From an uncultured Actinomycetota bacterium (lineage in GTDB: Bacteria; Actinomycetota; Actinomycetes; JAHEKZ01): a DNA stretch of 64,000 bases. The stretch spans positions 1-64,000 of the forward strand of contig CAVQYR010000001.1 of NCBI GenBank assembly GCA_963718235.1, given 5' to 3'. This document shows, piece after piece, positions 19,807 to 29,475 of the stretch (within the stretch, counting starts at the first letter, position 1; the number at the start of each line of letters is the position of its first letter). Below the pieces are notes generated by a model. The model was not told where the DNA came from and ran no database searches. It saw nothing but the letters and a program-made list of their open reading frames with translations. The translations under genes were made by a program, and so were the position numbers.

Positions 19807-22008
19807 ATGAGCGGCGAGCGCGTACGGCAGAGCCTCATGTTCGGAGTGGTTGTCGCGCTGGCGCTCGCGGTCGCCCCGGCGACCCCGGCAGCCGGCAAGA
19901 CCGCATCGACTCGCCCCGACCGGGTCGCTCGGTATGCCGTCGACTCGTTCGGCAACCACGGGCACGGCGAGATCCGGACCGTGGACGCCGCCGAGCTCGG
20001 ACCCCTCGGCCTGCCCGAGGCCACGCCGACTACCGCACGCGGCCGGGAGTCCGCCGCCGGAATCGCCACCCACCCGGTGACCGTCGTCCCCGTGAACTGG
20101 CCCGGGCTCGCCGCGGACGCGACCACCCCCGCCCAGCTCAGCAACACCGTTGACACCGCCATCGCCAGCTACTGGGACGACAACACCGGCGGCGCGGTCA
20201 AGTTCACCACCACGTCCGCACTCCCCTGGACCACGCTCAGCTCAGCGCCGTCCAACCCCTGCGGCAACCCCGGAGGGCTGGCCAACCAGATCGCCACCCA
20301 GCTCGGCTGGGTCTCGACCGCTCGCTCTCACCTCGTCATGTACCTGCCGTCACTGGGTTGCGGGTGGGCGGGTGTCGGCTCGGTCGGCGGAAGCACCGAC
20401 TCCGGCGGCTGGGCGCTGCTCAACGCCAACGCGAGCGTCTCGGTGCTCGGCCACGAGCTCGGCCACAACATCTCCCTCGAGCACAGCTGGCGCAGCACGT
20501 GCTTCGAGGCCGACGACGCGACCGGTGTCTTCGACGGGGCAGCCGCTCACTGCGGGTTCCGTGAGTACTACGACCTCTACGACATCATGGGATTCGCCCA
20601 CACGGCGATGCCCGGAGACCTCAACCCCGGGCACCTGCAGAAGCTCGGGCTGGCCTCGCTGGTCTCTCCCGTCACGGTCAACACCTTGACCATGACGGCA
20701 CCGGTCACGATCGACCTCGCACCCCGCTCGGCGGCAGCGGGCACCGAGGCGATCAAGCTCGTCGGTGGTGACACCTACTGGGTCGAGTACCGAACCGACG
20801 CCGGGCGCGACGCGTGGCTCAACGCGAGCTCGGCCTACGCCTTCCACCCCGGTGTCGTGGTGCGCCGGATGTTCAACCCGTCTCTCGTGGGCCGCAGCTA
20901 CCTGCCCGGTCTGCTCGACGCCACGCCGGTGAGCGGAGCCGGTGCCACACCGGGCACCTACGACCCGGTCGAGCTGGCCGTCGACACCGTCATGACCACG
21001 CAGGACGGCGTGCGGATCGTGGTCAAGGCCCAGGACGACGCCGGAGCCACCGTCAAGATCCTGCCGCCCACCGACACCACCGCACCGCCCGACGTCGACG
21101 TCACCCGACCCGCGCGCACCTACCGGACCGACGGCACCTGGGTGACCCCTGACTCGGCCTTCACCCTGAAGTGGCAGGCCGTGAAGGATGACGACAGCGG
21201 CGTCGACCACTACCTCGTGATGCTCGACGGCACGCCGGTGGCGACGGTCCCTCGCGCTGCCGGGGTGACCACCTACACCGAGCCCGTCGTCCTGACCGAG
21301 GGCCCCCACGTGCTCGGTGTGAAGGCGGTCGACGTCGCCGGCAACACGGGTGGCATGGGCGTACGTCTGCCCTACGAGCTGGACAGCTTCCCGCCCGTGG
21401 TCGATCGGGCGCTGGCGCTTCGGCTGCGGGCCGGTGCCTTCACCGCCGGGGACGCACCGGTGGCGGCGTCCTGGTCGGTCCGTGACCCCGGCTCTGGCCT
21501 GCGCACGCTCTCGCTTCGACACGGGAGCGCGTCTGCGCAGAAGCTCAAGCCGTCGGCGTCGTCTACCGCGACGCACCTGAGGCGCGGCCGCTACACCTCC
21601 ACGCTCGTCGCTCGGGACTGGGCCGGACGCAAGGTGACGTCGACGGTCGGCGTCGCACTCACCCGGCCGAGCGAGTCCGCGGCGAGCTACAGCCGGGGGT
21701 GGGGCCGCCGGGCCGTTCGCGGCTCCTTCGCCGGGCGCGAGCTCGTATCGACGTCACGGTCGGCCACGGCAACGTTCCGCTTCAACGGTCGGGCCGTCGC
21801 CTGGGTCGGCTCACGTGGCCCGGGCCGCGGCGTCGCCGTCGTCCGGGTCGACGGTGGAGCCCCGCAGCGGGTCACGCTGCGCGCCGACCGCACCCAGACC
21901 CGGCGTGCGCTCGTGGCCCGCAACTGGTCGACGTCGGGCGCGCACACGCTCACGATCACCGTGCGGCGGGGTTCGGTGGCGGTCGACGGCTTCGTCGTCC
22001 TGAAGTAG
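19807..22008 (+). CDS. Secreted zinc metalloprotease (M11/M6-like) with Ig-like and C-terminal beta-sandwich domains
   Basis: Signal peptide; HELGHNISLEH (HExxHxxxxxH); EYYDLYDIMG Met-turn; YWVEYR; AVDVAGN Ig-like motif. Confidence 0.8.
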   Translation: MSGERVRQSLMFGVVVALALAVAPATPAAGKTASTRPDRVARYAVDSFGNHGHGEIRTVDAAELGPLGLPEATPTTARGRESAAGIATHPVTVVPVNWPGLAADATTPAQLSNTVDTAIASYWDDNTGGAVKFTTTSALPWTTLSSAPSNPCGNPGGLANQIATQLGWVSTARSHLVMYLPSLGCGWAGVGSVGGSTDSGGWALLNANASVSVLGHELGHNISLEHSWRSTCFEADDATGVFDGAAAHCGFREYYDLYDIMGFAHTAMPGDLNPGHLQKLGLASLVSPVTVNTLTMTAPVTIDLAPRSAAAGTEAIKLVGGDTYWVEYRTDAGRDAWLNASSAYAFHPGVVVRRMFNPSLVGRSYLPGLLDATPVSGAGATPGTYDPVELAVDTVMTTQDGVRIVVKAQDDAGATVKILPPTDTTAPPDVDVTRPARTYRTDGTWVTPDSAFTLKWQAVKDDDSGVDHYLVMLDGTPVATVPRAAGVTTYTEPVVLTEGPHVLGVKAVDVAGNTGGMGVRLPYELDSFPPVVDRALALRLRAGAFTAGDAPVAASWSVRDPGSGLRTLSLRHGSASAQKLKPSASSTATHLRRGRYTSTLVARDWAGRKVTSTVGVALTRPSESAASYSRGWGRRAVRGSFAGRELVSTSRSATATFRFNGRAVAWVGSRGPGRGVAVVRVDGGAPQRVTLRADRTQTRRALVARNWSTSGAHTLTITVRRGSVAVDGFVVLK

Positions 22009-22037
22009 CCGCACTCACCGCGAGGTGAGCACTGCCG

Positions 22038-22616
22038 CTAGGGGGTGACGGGGGCAGCCGAGACGAGGTCGAGCAGGGCCTGGCAGGCGCCGAACAGGAC
22101 CAGCATCGCCGCCACAGCCAGGACGCCAACCACGATCCGTCTGCGCATCCTTCTCGACGTCGTCGGCACGCGCGGCACGGCCATCCGGACCGGCTGCTGC
22201 TGCGGGTTCATCGGAGCCCGCGGCTGCGCGGCGCGCGCGGAACCGGCCGGCGGCGGCACCGGAACGGAAGGCTGCGCAGCCGCAGGAGCCGTGGGTGGTG
22301 CGGGCACGAACTGCGTGGCGTCGAACTGATGGGGATCGGGCTGGGCCGGGCCAGTGGATCCCCCGGGCTGGCCCAGCGGCTCGAAGCTCGGCGACCGCAC
22401 GGCCGGCGCGCCGCCCTCGACCGGCGGCGCCGACCCGAGCACGGCGGGGCTGTCCGGCACCGGTACGGCGATTCCGCAGGTCGGGCACTCACCGACGACC
22501 GACGCCACGGTGTGCCCGTTGCTGCAGGTCACCCAAAGGGCCAGCCCGCACTGCGTGCAGTAGCGCTGCTTGTCGCCGTTGGCGTGTCCGTTCGGACAGG
22601 TGACGGAGTCCCCCAT
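22038..22616 (-). CDS. Double zinc-ribbon, Pro-rich, membrane-anchored protein
   Basis: CPNGH...YCTQCG...CSNGH...CPTCG, Pro/Ala linker, C-terminal TM segment. Confidence 0.65.
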   Translation of the reverse strand: MGDSVTCPNGHANGDKQRYCTQCGLALWVTCSNGHTVASVVGECPTCGIAVPVPDSPAVLGSAPPVEGGAPAVRSPSFEPLGQPGGSTGPAQPDPHQFDATQFVPAPPTAPAAAQPSVPVPPPAGSARAAQPRAPMNPQQQPVRMAVPRVPTTSRRMRRRIVVGVLAVAAMLVLFGACQALLDLVSAAPVTP

Positions 22617-22629
22617 GACCGACGCCCGA

Positions 22630-24714
22630 TCAGGGCATCTGCTGGAGGGCCTGGACCTGCTCGAGCGGTGCGGTCAGCGGGTCGAAGGCGGGCCGAGGAG
22701 TCGGCGGGATCCAGTCGACCGGGGGCTCGTCGCCGACATCGTCGAGCCCAGGACCGGGCGGCTCGACGATCACCCGCGGCGCAGACGCGGCCGGCGCTGG
22801 GGCGACCGGAGCGCCGGTGGCCCGAGCCGGCTGGGGCGGGGTGACCGGCCGGGGGGCGGCTACGGGCGAGGGGGCTGGTCGCATGGTCGCTGGTGCGCTG
22901 GCCGGGGCTGGTGTCGCTGGCGAGGGCACCGGGACCGACAGGGTCGCCGGCGCAGGGGTGGCCGGCGCAGGGGTCGCAGGGGTCGCGGGGGTCGCGGGGG
23001 TCGCGGGGGTCGCGGGCGCAGGGATCGCCGGAGTGGCCGGCGCTGGCTTCGCCGCCGCGGCCGGTGTCCGAACGGGCACCGACAGCGTGGCGGGAACCGG
23101 TGCTGCTGCGGGCTTCGAAGCCCCCGAAGCAGGGGCGGGTCGGGCGGGCACCGACAGCGTGGCGGGAACCGGCTGGCTGTTCGCACCAGCGCTGGGTGCG
23201 GGCACCGCGCCCGCCGGGGCCTTCGTCGCGGACGACGACCCGTTGGCCCCGTTGACCGCCGAGGCGGCCGCCCCGATGACCGGCGCTGCCGCCGTGGCGC
23301 GGGCCAAGGTCGGCACGAAGTCGGCGTCCAGCTTGCTGCGCTTGCCGCCCGGCGACTTGTAGTCGTAGTTGTAGCTGTACCCGTAGCGGTGCGCGTCAGG
23401 ACCCTTCTGTGGGGCCATGTTGAAGACGAGCCCGAGGATCCGCCCGCCGACGTTGGAGATGCTCTCCTCCGCCGTCCGCAGCTGCTCACGTCGCACCTTG
23501 CTGGCCGCGGCGACGATGATCGCCCCGCCGGACATCTTGGTGAGCACGGCACCGTCGGTGACGGGCAGCAGCGGGGGTGCGTCGATGATCACCAGCGCGC
23601 GCTGCTCGAGGTGGGCGATCAGGTCGGCCATCGCCTGCGAGCCGACCAGCTCGGCCGGGTTCGGCGGCAGCGGTCCAGCCGGCAGCACCCACAGGTTGCC
23701 CGTCGGCCCCCACGGCTGCAGCACCTCGTCGACGGTCGCGCGACCGATCAGGACGTCGGTGAGCCCGGCGTTGCCCTCGATGCCGAGGTACTCGGCCACC
23801 TTCGGACGACGCAGGTCGCCCTCGACCAGCAGCACGGGCTGGCCGGTCTGGGCGACGGTGATCGCGAGGTTGACCGCCGTCGTCGACTTGCCCTCACGTG
23901 GGATGGCCGATGCCACGACAAGGGACTTCGGTCGGTGGTCGATGTCGACGAACTGCAGGTTGGTGCGCAGCTGCCGGAATGACTCGGCGCGCTTGCCGCG
24001 CGAGGAGTCCTGGGTGATCAACGGCTTCTTCGCAGCCTCGTTGTCGTACCCGATGGCCGCGAGGATGGGGATGTCGAAGTGCTTCTGCAGCGCCTCGACG
24101 CTCTTGATCCGGGTGTCGAGGGTCTCCAGCAGCACCGCTGCACCCACACCGATCGCCAACCCGACGAGGAAGCCGAGCGCCAGGTTGATCTTGGTGCGCG
24201 GAGTGATCGGAGACGTCGGCAGGGTCGGTGGCTCGATCTCGCTCACGGTGACCAGTGACTGCCCACCGCCGGTCGGCTGGGTGAACTCCTGCGCGGCCTG
24301 CTGGAACTGCTTGGCAGCAGAGGCCGCGATCCGCTGCGCGACCTCGGGGTTGGGGTCGGTGGCCGAGATCTCGATCACCACGGTTTCCAGCGGGTTGTTG
24401 GCGCTGAGCTTGGCGGCCACCTGGTCGGGAGTGATCGACAGGTTGAGGTCGTCGACGACGGCCTGGGTGACTCGCTCGCTGGTGACGACGTCGATCAGGG
24501 AGGTGACCAGCTGCTGGGTGTAGAGGCTCCCGGTGTACGCGGTGCCGACGTTGAGCTGGGAGTCGGTCGCGGAGATGAACACCTTGGTGGTCGACTGGTA
24601 GATCGGGGTCGTCAGCATCGAGGCGAGCGCTGCGGCCAGCACGCCCACGAGCGTGGTTGCGGCGATCAGCCGCCAGCGCGCCCGCAGGACGTCGAGGTAG
24701 TCGCGCAGCTCCAC
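22630..24714 (-). CDS. Polysaccharide co-polymerase / tyrosine autokinase (Wzc/CpsCD-type) with a long Pro/Ala/Thr tail
   Basis: MELRDYLDVLRARW; AESFRQLRTNL; SAIPREGKST; EGDLRRP; IIDAPPLL; Tyr cluster YGYSYNYDY. Confidence 0.92.
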   Translation of the reverse strand: MELRDYLDVLRARWRLIAATTLVGVLAAALASMLTTPIYQSTTKVFISATDSQLNVGTAYTGSLYTQQLVTSLIDVVTSERVTQAVVDDLNLSITPDQVAAKLSANNPLETVVIEISATDPNPEVAQRIAASAAKQFQQAAQEFTQPTGGGQSLVTVSEIEPPTLPTSPITPRTKINLALGFLVGLAIGVGAAVLLETLDTRIKSVEALQKHFDIPILAAIGYDNEAAKKPLITQDSSRGKRAESFRQLRTNLQFVDIDHRPKSLVVASAIPREGKSTTAVNLAITVAQTGQPVLLVEGDLRRPKVAEYLGIEGNAGLTDVLIGRATVDEVLQPWGPTGNLWVLPAGPLPPNPAELVGSQAMADLIAHLEQRALVIIDAPPLLPVTDGAVLTKMSGGAIIVAAASKVRREQLRTAEESISNVGGRILGLVFNMAPQKGPDAHRYGYSYNYDYKSPGGKRSKLDADFVPTLARATAAAPVIGAAASAVNGANGSSSATKAPAGAVPAPSAGANSQPVPATLSVPARPAPASGASKPAAAPVPATLSVPVRTPAAAAKPAPATPAIPAPATPATPATPATPATPAPATPAPATLSVPVPSPATPAPASAPATMRPAPSPVAAPRPVTPPQPARATGAPVAPAPAASAPRVIVEPPGPGLDDVGDEPPVDWIPPTPRPAFDPLTAPLEQVQALQQMP
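22924..23172. repeat. Coding tandem and dispersed repeats in the autokinase tail
   Basis: 9-bp ggggtcgc(g/a) array near 22970-23015 (PAT)n; gggcaccgacagcgtggcgggaaccgg duplicated near 23074 and 23146 (VPATLSVP). Confidence 0.7.
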
Positions 24715-24846
24715 CGAGAGTGACCCTTCGTCCCCGTTCCTTCGAGGCGCCGTCGAGCCGACGGACCCCGTGCCCGGGTCGACGAACCGAGCCCGGCCTC
24801 TCAGGGTGACGCATGGCCCCCCCTGGGGACAACCCGGTGCGCCAGA

Positions 24847-25227
24847 ATGTCACAAATGCCCCCTGAGCCTCAGCCGTCACAGGAGGACGACCGGCCGGTC
24901 CGGCGTCCGCAGTGGGTCGCCCACGTCCTGGACGGCGAGCACGCGGTGCTGCTCCACCTGCCCAGCGCCCGCCGGGTCGCCCTGTCCCCTGAGGCGACCG
25001 CCGTGTGGGAGCTGGTGGTGGCCGCGGGCGGTGACGGCGTGCGCGCCGACGCCCTCGTGGCCGCTCTGGCCCCCCGCTACGACGCCGACCCCGAGGTGAT
25101 CGGTCGAGACGTCCGGGCCCTGCTCGACGACCTGGTCGGCGGCGGCTGGGTCGAGCCGGTCGAGCCAGATCCGGTCGCAGAGGCGACGACTCCGCCGGCC
25201 GACAAACCGGCCGGGGGCGACGCGTGA
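24847..25227 (+). CDS. Stand-alone PqqD/RRE-family protein
   Basis: VLDGEHAVLLHLPSARRVALSPEATAVWELV...LAPRYDADPEVIGRDVRALLDDLVGGGWV. Confidence 0.8.
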   Translation: MSQMPPEPQPSQEDDRPVRRPQWVAHVLDGEHAVLLHLPSARRVALSPEATAVWELVVAAGGDGVRADALVAALAPRYDADPEVIGRDVRALLDDLVGGGWVEPVEPDPVAEATTPPADKPAGGDA

Positions 25228-26183
25228 GGCGTTGGCTCGGCGTTCTAGGGGTCCTGGTCCTGCTGGTCGTCACCGGCGCGGTCGTGGTGCTGGCGTTGCG
25301 ACCCGCGGAGCCTCCCCCGACGCCTGACGCGCCTGCGGGCGCCGGCTCGCTCGCCGTCGTCGGCGACCGCATGTGGCGGTGGCTCGGGCCGAGCGAGTGC
25401 ACACCCGCCGCCGACGACGCCCCGCTCGAGCGCTGGGTGCGGGGTATGTGGCAGCCGGCCGACGTCCCGCTGGTGAACGTCACCGCGATCAGCTTCACCA
25501 ACGCACGTGACGGGATCGCGGTCGGCACGACGTCCAACTGCGCTCTCGGCCTGGTCGTGACCCGCGACGGTGGGGCGACCTGGGCATCGCCTCCGCAGTC
25601 ACCACCGATGCTCGACGCCGTGCTTGTCGGTCGCACGGTGTGGGCCGTCGTCCGAGGAACGGAGTCGGGGCAGACCCTGGTCACCGGCTACACGCTGGAC
25701 GGCGAGCCCGTGGACAGCACGCCGCCGATCGACACCTCACCGTGTGACGAGACCGACGGGACACCGACCCACGTCGCGGCGTTCACCGCCGACTTCGTCC
25801 TGCAGCTGTGCCAGCAAGGACCGAGCAACGGGCGCCTGCTCGCCCGCACGGTCGACGGCGGTGTCATCTGGGACCGGCTCACCGACAACCGCGTGCTGAC
25901 CGGGCTGGACGGCGACGGGACCTTCACCCGGCTCGAGGTCGCCGGCGTCTCGTCGGTCTGGGTGCTGTTCGTCGGCGGGGAGTGCTCCGAGGGGCAGCTG
26001 CGCCGCAGCGCGAACACCGGTCAGTCGTTCGAGCGCCTGCCCTGCCCCTCGAAGGGGGCCAACGTTGCCGAGGTGTTCGACGTCGCGTTCAGCTCCGCCA
26101 CCGACGGCACGTTGCTCGGGCTGGACTCTGCCGGCGAGCCCGTTGTCCTGACCTCGACGGATGCCGGCACCACCTGGGAGTAG
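25224..26183 (+). CDS. Membrane-anchored BNR/Asp-box beta-propeller protein
   Basis: N-terminal TM; TRDGGATW, TVDGGVIW, SANTGQSF, STDAGTTW; overlaps the PqqD stop. Confidence 0.75.
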   Translation: MRRWLGVLGVLVLLVVTGAVVVLALRPAEPPPTPDAPAGAGSLAVVGDRMWRWLGPSECTPAADDAPLERWVRGMWQPADVPLVNVTAISFTNARDGIAVGTTSNCALGLVVTRDGGATWASPPQSPPMLDAVLVGRTVWAVVRGTESGQTLVTGYTLDGEPVDSTPPIDTSPCDETDGTPTHVAAFTADFVLQLCQQGPSNGRLLARTVDGGVIWDRLTDNRVLTGLDGDGTFTRLEVAGVSSVWVLFVGGECSEGQLRRSANTGQSFERLPCPSKGANVAEVFDVAFSSATDGTLLGLDSAGEPVVLTSTDAGTTWE

Positions 26184-26319
26184 GGCGACTGCAGCCCCGC
26201 TCGAGGGCGTTGCCCGGGGCGTCCTCACCCGTGTTGCCAGCTACCCTCACTGCCACCGATCCCGGGAGTCGGAGGCGTCACGGCGCCTGTCCCCGAGCCC
26301 ACGTCCGAACTGGAGCAGC

Positions 26320-26670
26320 ATGGCCGCCCTCGAGCAACCGCTTGCACTTCCCGTCTCCACCACGTTCGAGATCGCCAACCGGACCATCTCCGAGCACATC
26401 GGGCCGGCGTTCGGCATCATCGCCTGGTCAGCCGGAACCGCCGCAGGGGTGAAGTCGTTCGGCCGACAGTTCAAGCGGGGCGAGATGACTGAGTTCACCG
26501 ACGTTCTCGCCGAGGCGCGCGAGATCACGTTGCAGCGTCTGGTCGCCCACGCACAAGCCCTGGGCGCCGACGCCGTGGTGGGAGTCCGCTTCGACTCCAA
26601 CACCATGGGCGAGTCCGCTGGCCTGGTCGAGATCCTGGCACTCGGCACGGCTGTCAAGCTCGCCAACTGA
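26320..26670 (+). CDS. YbjQ/UPF0145 family protein
   Basis: GEMTEFTDVLAEAR...LGADAVVGVRFD...GTAV. Confidence 0.88.
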   Translation: MAALEQPLALPVSTTFEIANRTISEHIGPAFGIIAWSAGTAAGVKSFGRQFKRGEMTEFTDVLAEAREITLQRLVAHAQALGADAVVGVRFDSNTMGESAGLVEILALGTAVKLAN

Positions 26671-26723
26671 GCCGCAACTCGCCGAGCCATGGTGCCGTGG
26701 TCGGGCCGAGGCATGCTCTCACC

Positions 26724-27296
26724 ATGAGTCTGGCTGATGCGCCCCGGGTGCACATCGAGTCGATCGAGCAATGGCGCGAATGGCTGGCGGCCCACCACCT
26801 CACGGAGACGGGCGTGTGGTTGGTGACCTGGCGAAGCGCCACCGGCCGAGCCGCTCCGACCTACGAGGAGCAGATCCAGGAGGCGCTGTGCGTCGGCTGG
26901 GTGGACAGCACCCGAAAGCGGATCGACGACGACCGCACCATGCTGTACTTCGCCCGCCGCCGCCCCGGGAGCCCATGGGCCCGCACGAACAAGGCGCGCA
27001 TCGCACGATTGGAGGCCGAGAGGCGGATGCTGCCGGCCGGTCAAGCGGTCGTGGACCGGGCTCGGGCCGACGGCTCATGGACGTTGCTCGACGCGGTGGA
27101 GGACCTCGTCGTCCCTGATGACCTTGCGGCAGCGCTTGCCCACCACAATGGTGCACGCGAGCAGTGGGAGGCCTACTCCGTCTCGGCGCGCAAGCAACTG
27201 CTCTGGTGGATCGTGCAGGCCAAGCGGCCTGCGACGCGCGCGGCACGGATCGAGCAGACCGCCCTCCGCGCATCACGCGGTGAGCCGGCACCATAG
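26724..27296 (+). CDS. YdeI/OmpD-associated family protein
   Basis: WREWLAAHH, EALCVGWVDS, SPWARTNK, AKRPATRAARI. Confidence 0.88.
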   Translation: MSLADAPRVHIESIEQWREWLAAHHLTETGVWLVTWRSATGRAAPTYEEQIQEALCVGWVDSTRKRIDDDRTMLYFARRRPGSPWARTNKARIARLEAERRMLPAGQAVVDRARADGSWTLLDAVEDLVVPDDLAAALAHHNGAREQWEAYSVSARKQLLWWIVQAKRPATRAARIEQTALRASRGEPAP

Positions 27297-27316
27297 TCAC
27301 GCCGTTACCCTCAGGT

Positions 27317-28346
27317 ATGGACGAGGCTTGCGACGTCGACCCGCTTCGGCGAGCGCAGTCCGAGCAGCTGATCGAGCGGCTCTCCCGCTCAGCCGACCCG
27401 GTACTGGCCTACAAGGCGGGACTCCTGGCCGGGAGAACCCCCGAGCACTGACAGAGGCACGAGCGCTGCGGGCGGAGATCCCCTCCTCGCCGACGGCACG
27501 CGCCCTGCTGCGTGTCTTCGAGCAGGGCGAGAAGACACTCCACCACGTCTACCGGAAGTGGCAGGGTCCGCACTGGACACTGACCAGTCTGGCCCTGATC
27601 GACTACCCGCCTGGCGACGAGCGCTGCGGCCTTTGGTGCAGCGCGTCTATGACTGGCTCTTCTCCAAGCACTTCCTCGAGCCGCCTTTGACCGCGGTCTA
27701 CCCGGGGCAGGGGGACCGCGTGCGCCACTGCGCGTCGATGGACGGCAACGCGATCTGGTACTGCGTCCGGCTCGGACTGGAGGACGAACGCACGCGGGCG
27801 GCGGTCGACCGGCTGATCGACTGGCAGTGGCCAGACGGGGGCTGGAACTGCGACAAGCGCCTCCAGTGCACGACGTCCTCGTTCCAGGAGACGCTGATCC
27901 CGGCACGCGGCCTTTGGGCGTACGGGAGTCGCCACCACCACCAACCCGCCAGGGATGCCGCCCAGCGCGCAGCCGACCTCCTGCTCTCCCGCCGGCTTCT
28001 GTGGCACCTGCGTGACGGGGCTCTGATCGTGCCCGCCTGGGGTGGTCGTCCGGACCGGATCCACTACCCGATCCAGTTCTTCGACGTGCTCTTCGCCCTG
28101 CAGGTGATGGTCGAGCTGGGTCGAATCGAAGACCCGCGATGCGCAGATGCGCTCGCCCTGCTTGAATCCAAGCGACTTCCTGACGGCGGCTTCCCGCTGG
28201 AGGAGGCGAACGCTCCCGCGGCCGATCGGGTGGCCAGTCGCCACAGCTATGCCGACTGGGGCCCGTCAGGACTACGGCGAAGCAACCCACTGGTCAGCCT
28301 GGCCGCGCTGGCAGTGCTGGGGCAAGCCAGCCAGCACGTTCTGTGA
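27317..28346 (+). CDS. Prenyltransferase/squalene-cyclase-repeat-like hypothetical protein (frameshifted)
   Basis: YRKWQGPHWTL, WQWPDGGWNCD, KRLPDGGF. Confidence 0.65.
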
Positions 28347-28497
28347 GCCGCGGCCCCGTGAGTCGACGATCTGCTGGCCAGAGGTACGGCATCATGGGCA
28401 AGCACTCATGCCGGCCCGTGCATCGCGTCGAGAGAATGGTTCTGTCGATCGTCGTTCGGCGCGGCCATGCGACGTTGCTGACTATTCGGAGGTGCCC

Positions 28498-28962
28498 GTG
28501 TCGTACGTAGTCGACTTCCAAACGGTGTCCACCGCCGGGCTGGAGTCGTCCCCCGTTGCAGTTGCCCTCGCGGGGCTGAGAGCCAACGAGGCCCGGTACT
28601 TCAAGAACAAGTACGACCACGTGTTCACGGTCGAACCCGCGAGTAAGGCGACGGCAACGATCGACTGGGTCGGCCGCATCCTCAGGGACGAGCGCGACAT
28701 CGTCATCGCCTCCCCACCGCTCGAGGCGACCGCCTTCGTCGCTGGGGGGATCCGGTTCGCCTACGTGTTCTACGAGTCCGGACTCGCGATCAACGTGATG
28801 TACACCCTGGACGACCAAGGCAAGCGCGCGGTCGGGTTCAAGCTGTCCGAAGGGATGGGTGTACCAGAAGAGCTCGCGTCGCGGTTCAAGTTCGCGACCC
28901 AGAAGTCCAAGTTGGCCGGGACGATCCGCGGCTCCTTCTTCGTCATCAAGGGTGAGTACTGA
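28498..28962 (+). CDS. Conserved hypothetical protein
   Basis: GGAGG RBS; VSTAGLESSPVAVALAGLRANEARYFKNKY...RAVGFKLSEG. Confidence 0.7.
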   Translation: MSYVVDFQTVSTAGLESSPVAVALAGLRANEARYFKNKYDHVFTVEPASKATATIDWVGRILRDERDIVIASPPLEATAFVAGGIRFAYVFYESGLAINVMYTLDDQGKRAVGFKLSEGMGVPEELASRFKFATQKSKLAGTIRGSFFVIKGEY

Positions 28963-28975
28963 GGTTCACAGCAGT

Positions 28976-29020
28976 TGCTGAGGAAACTCGCCACTTGAGG
29001 GCCTGTTTCCTCAGCAGGTG
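28976..29020. repeat. REP-like palindrome, family A, copy 2
   Basis: TGCTGAGGAAAC...GTTTCCTCAGCA between convergent genes. Confidence 0.7.
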
Positions 29021-29038
29021 CCCGTCCAGCCCGGGCGG

Positions 29039-29392
29039 CTAGGCGCGCTTGCTTGACAGCACGCAGAACTCGTTGCCTTCGGGATCTGCCAGCACGACCC
29101 AGGACTGCTGCCCTTGGCCGATGTCCGCATGGCGCGCCCCGAGGCCCAGGAGGCGCGCGACCTCGGCCTGCTGGTCGTCGGGCCGGAAGTCCAGGTGCAG
29201 GCGGTTCTTGCCGCCCTTCGCCTCACCGACCGGTTCGAAGATCATTCCGGGCAGCCGATCCGAAGCGGGCCGGATCTCAAACTCATCCGGCGCGTCATTC
29301 AGCACGACCCATCCGAGCGCGTTCGCCCACCACCGGCCCAACATCACCGGGTCCGCGGCGTCGACGACCACCTGCTCCCATTCCAAACTCAC
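29039..29392 (-). CDS. VOC/glyoxalase-like protein
   Basis: KNRLHLDF...WVVLADPEGNEFCVL. Confidence 0.9.
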   Translation of the reverse strand: MSLEWEQVVVDAADPVMLGRWWANALGWVVLNDAPDEFEIRPASDRLPGMIFEPVGEAKGGKNRLHLDFRPDDQQAEVARLLGLGARHADIGQGQQSWVVLADPEGNEFCVLSSKRA

Positions 29393-29475
29393 CCCCGGGA
29401 ACCTACCGCCTCCACACTGCTGCCGGCTTCAGACGGATCTGACCGCAGCGTCTAGAGCATTGCTACGGTCGGGTC

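Noticed and set aside
22960-23180. CRISPR array
   Set aside because: The repeats are in-frame coding units of the kinase tail, with no unique equal-length spacers and no cas genes.
15742-25227. Lasso peptide, ranthipeptide/sactipeptide or PQQ biosynthesis cluster
   Set aside because: PqqD domains and an HprK-like kinase are present, but there is no asparagine-synthetase-like cyclase, transglutaminase-like B2 protease, radical SAM (CxxxCxxC) enzyme or pqqBCE gene in the window.
28498-28962. Prophage, since this family is sometimes labelled phage tail protein
   Set aside because: No integrase, terminase, capsid or other phage genes nearby.
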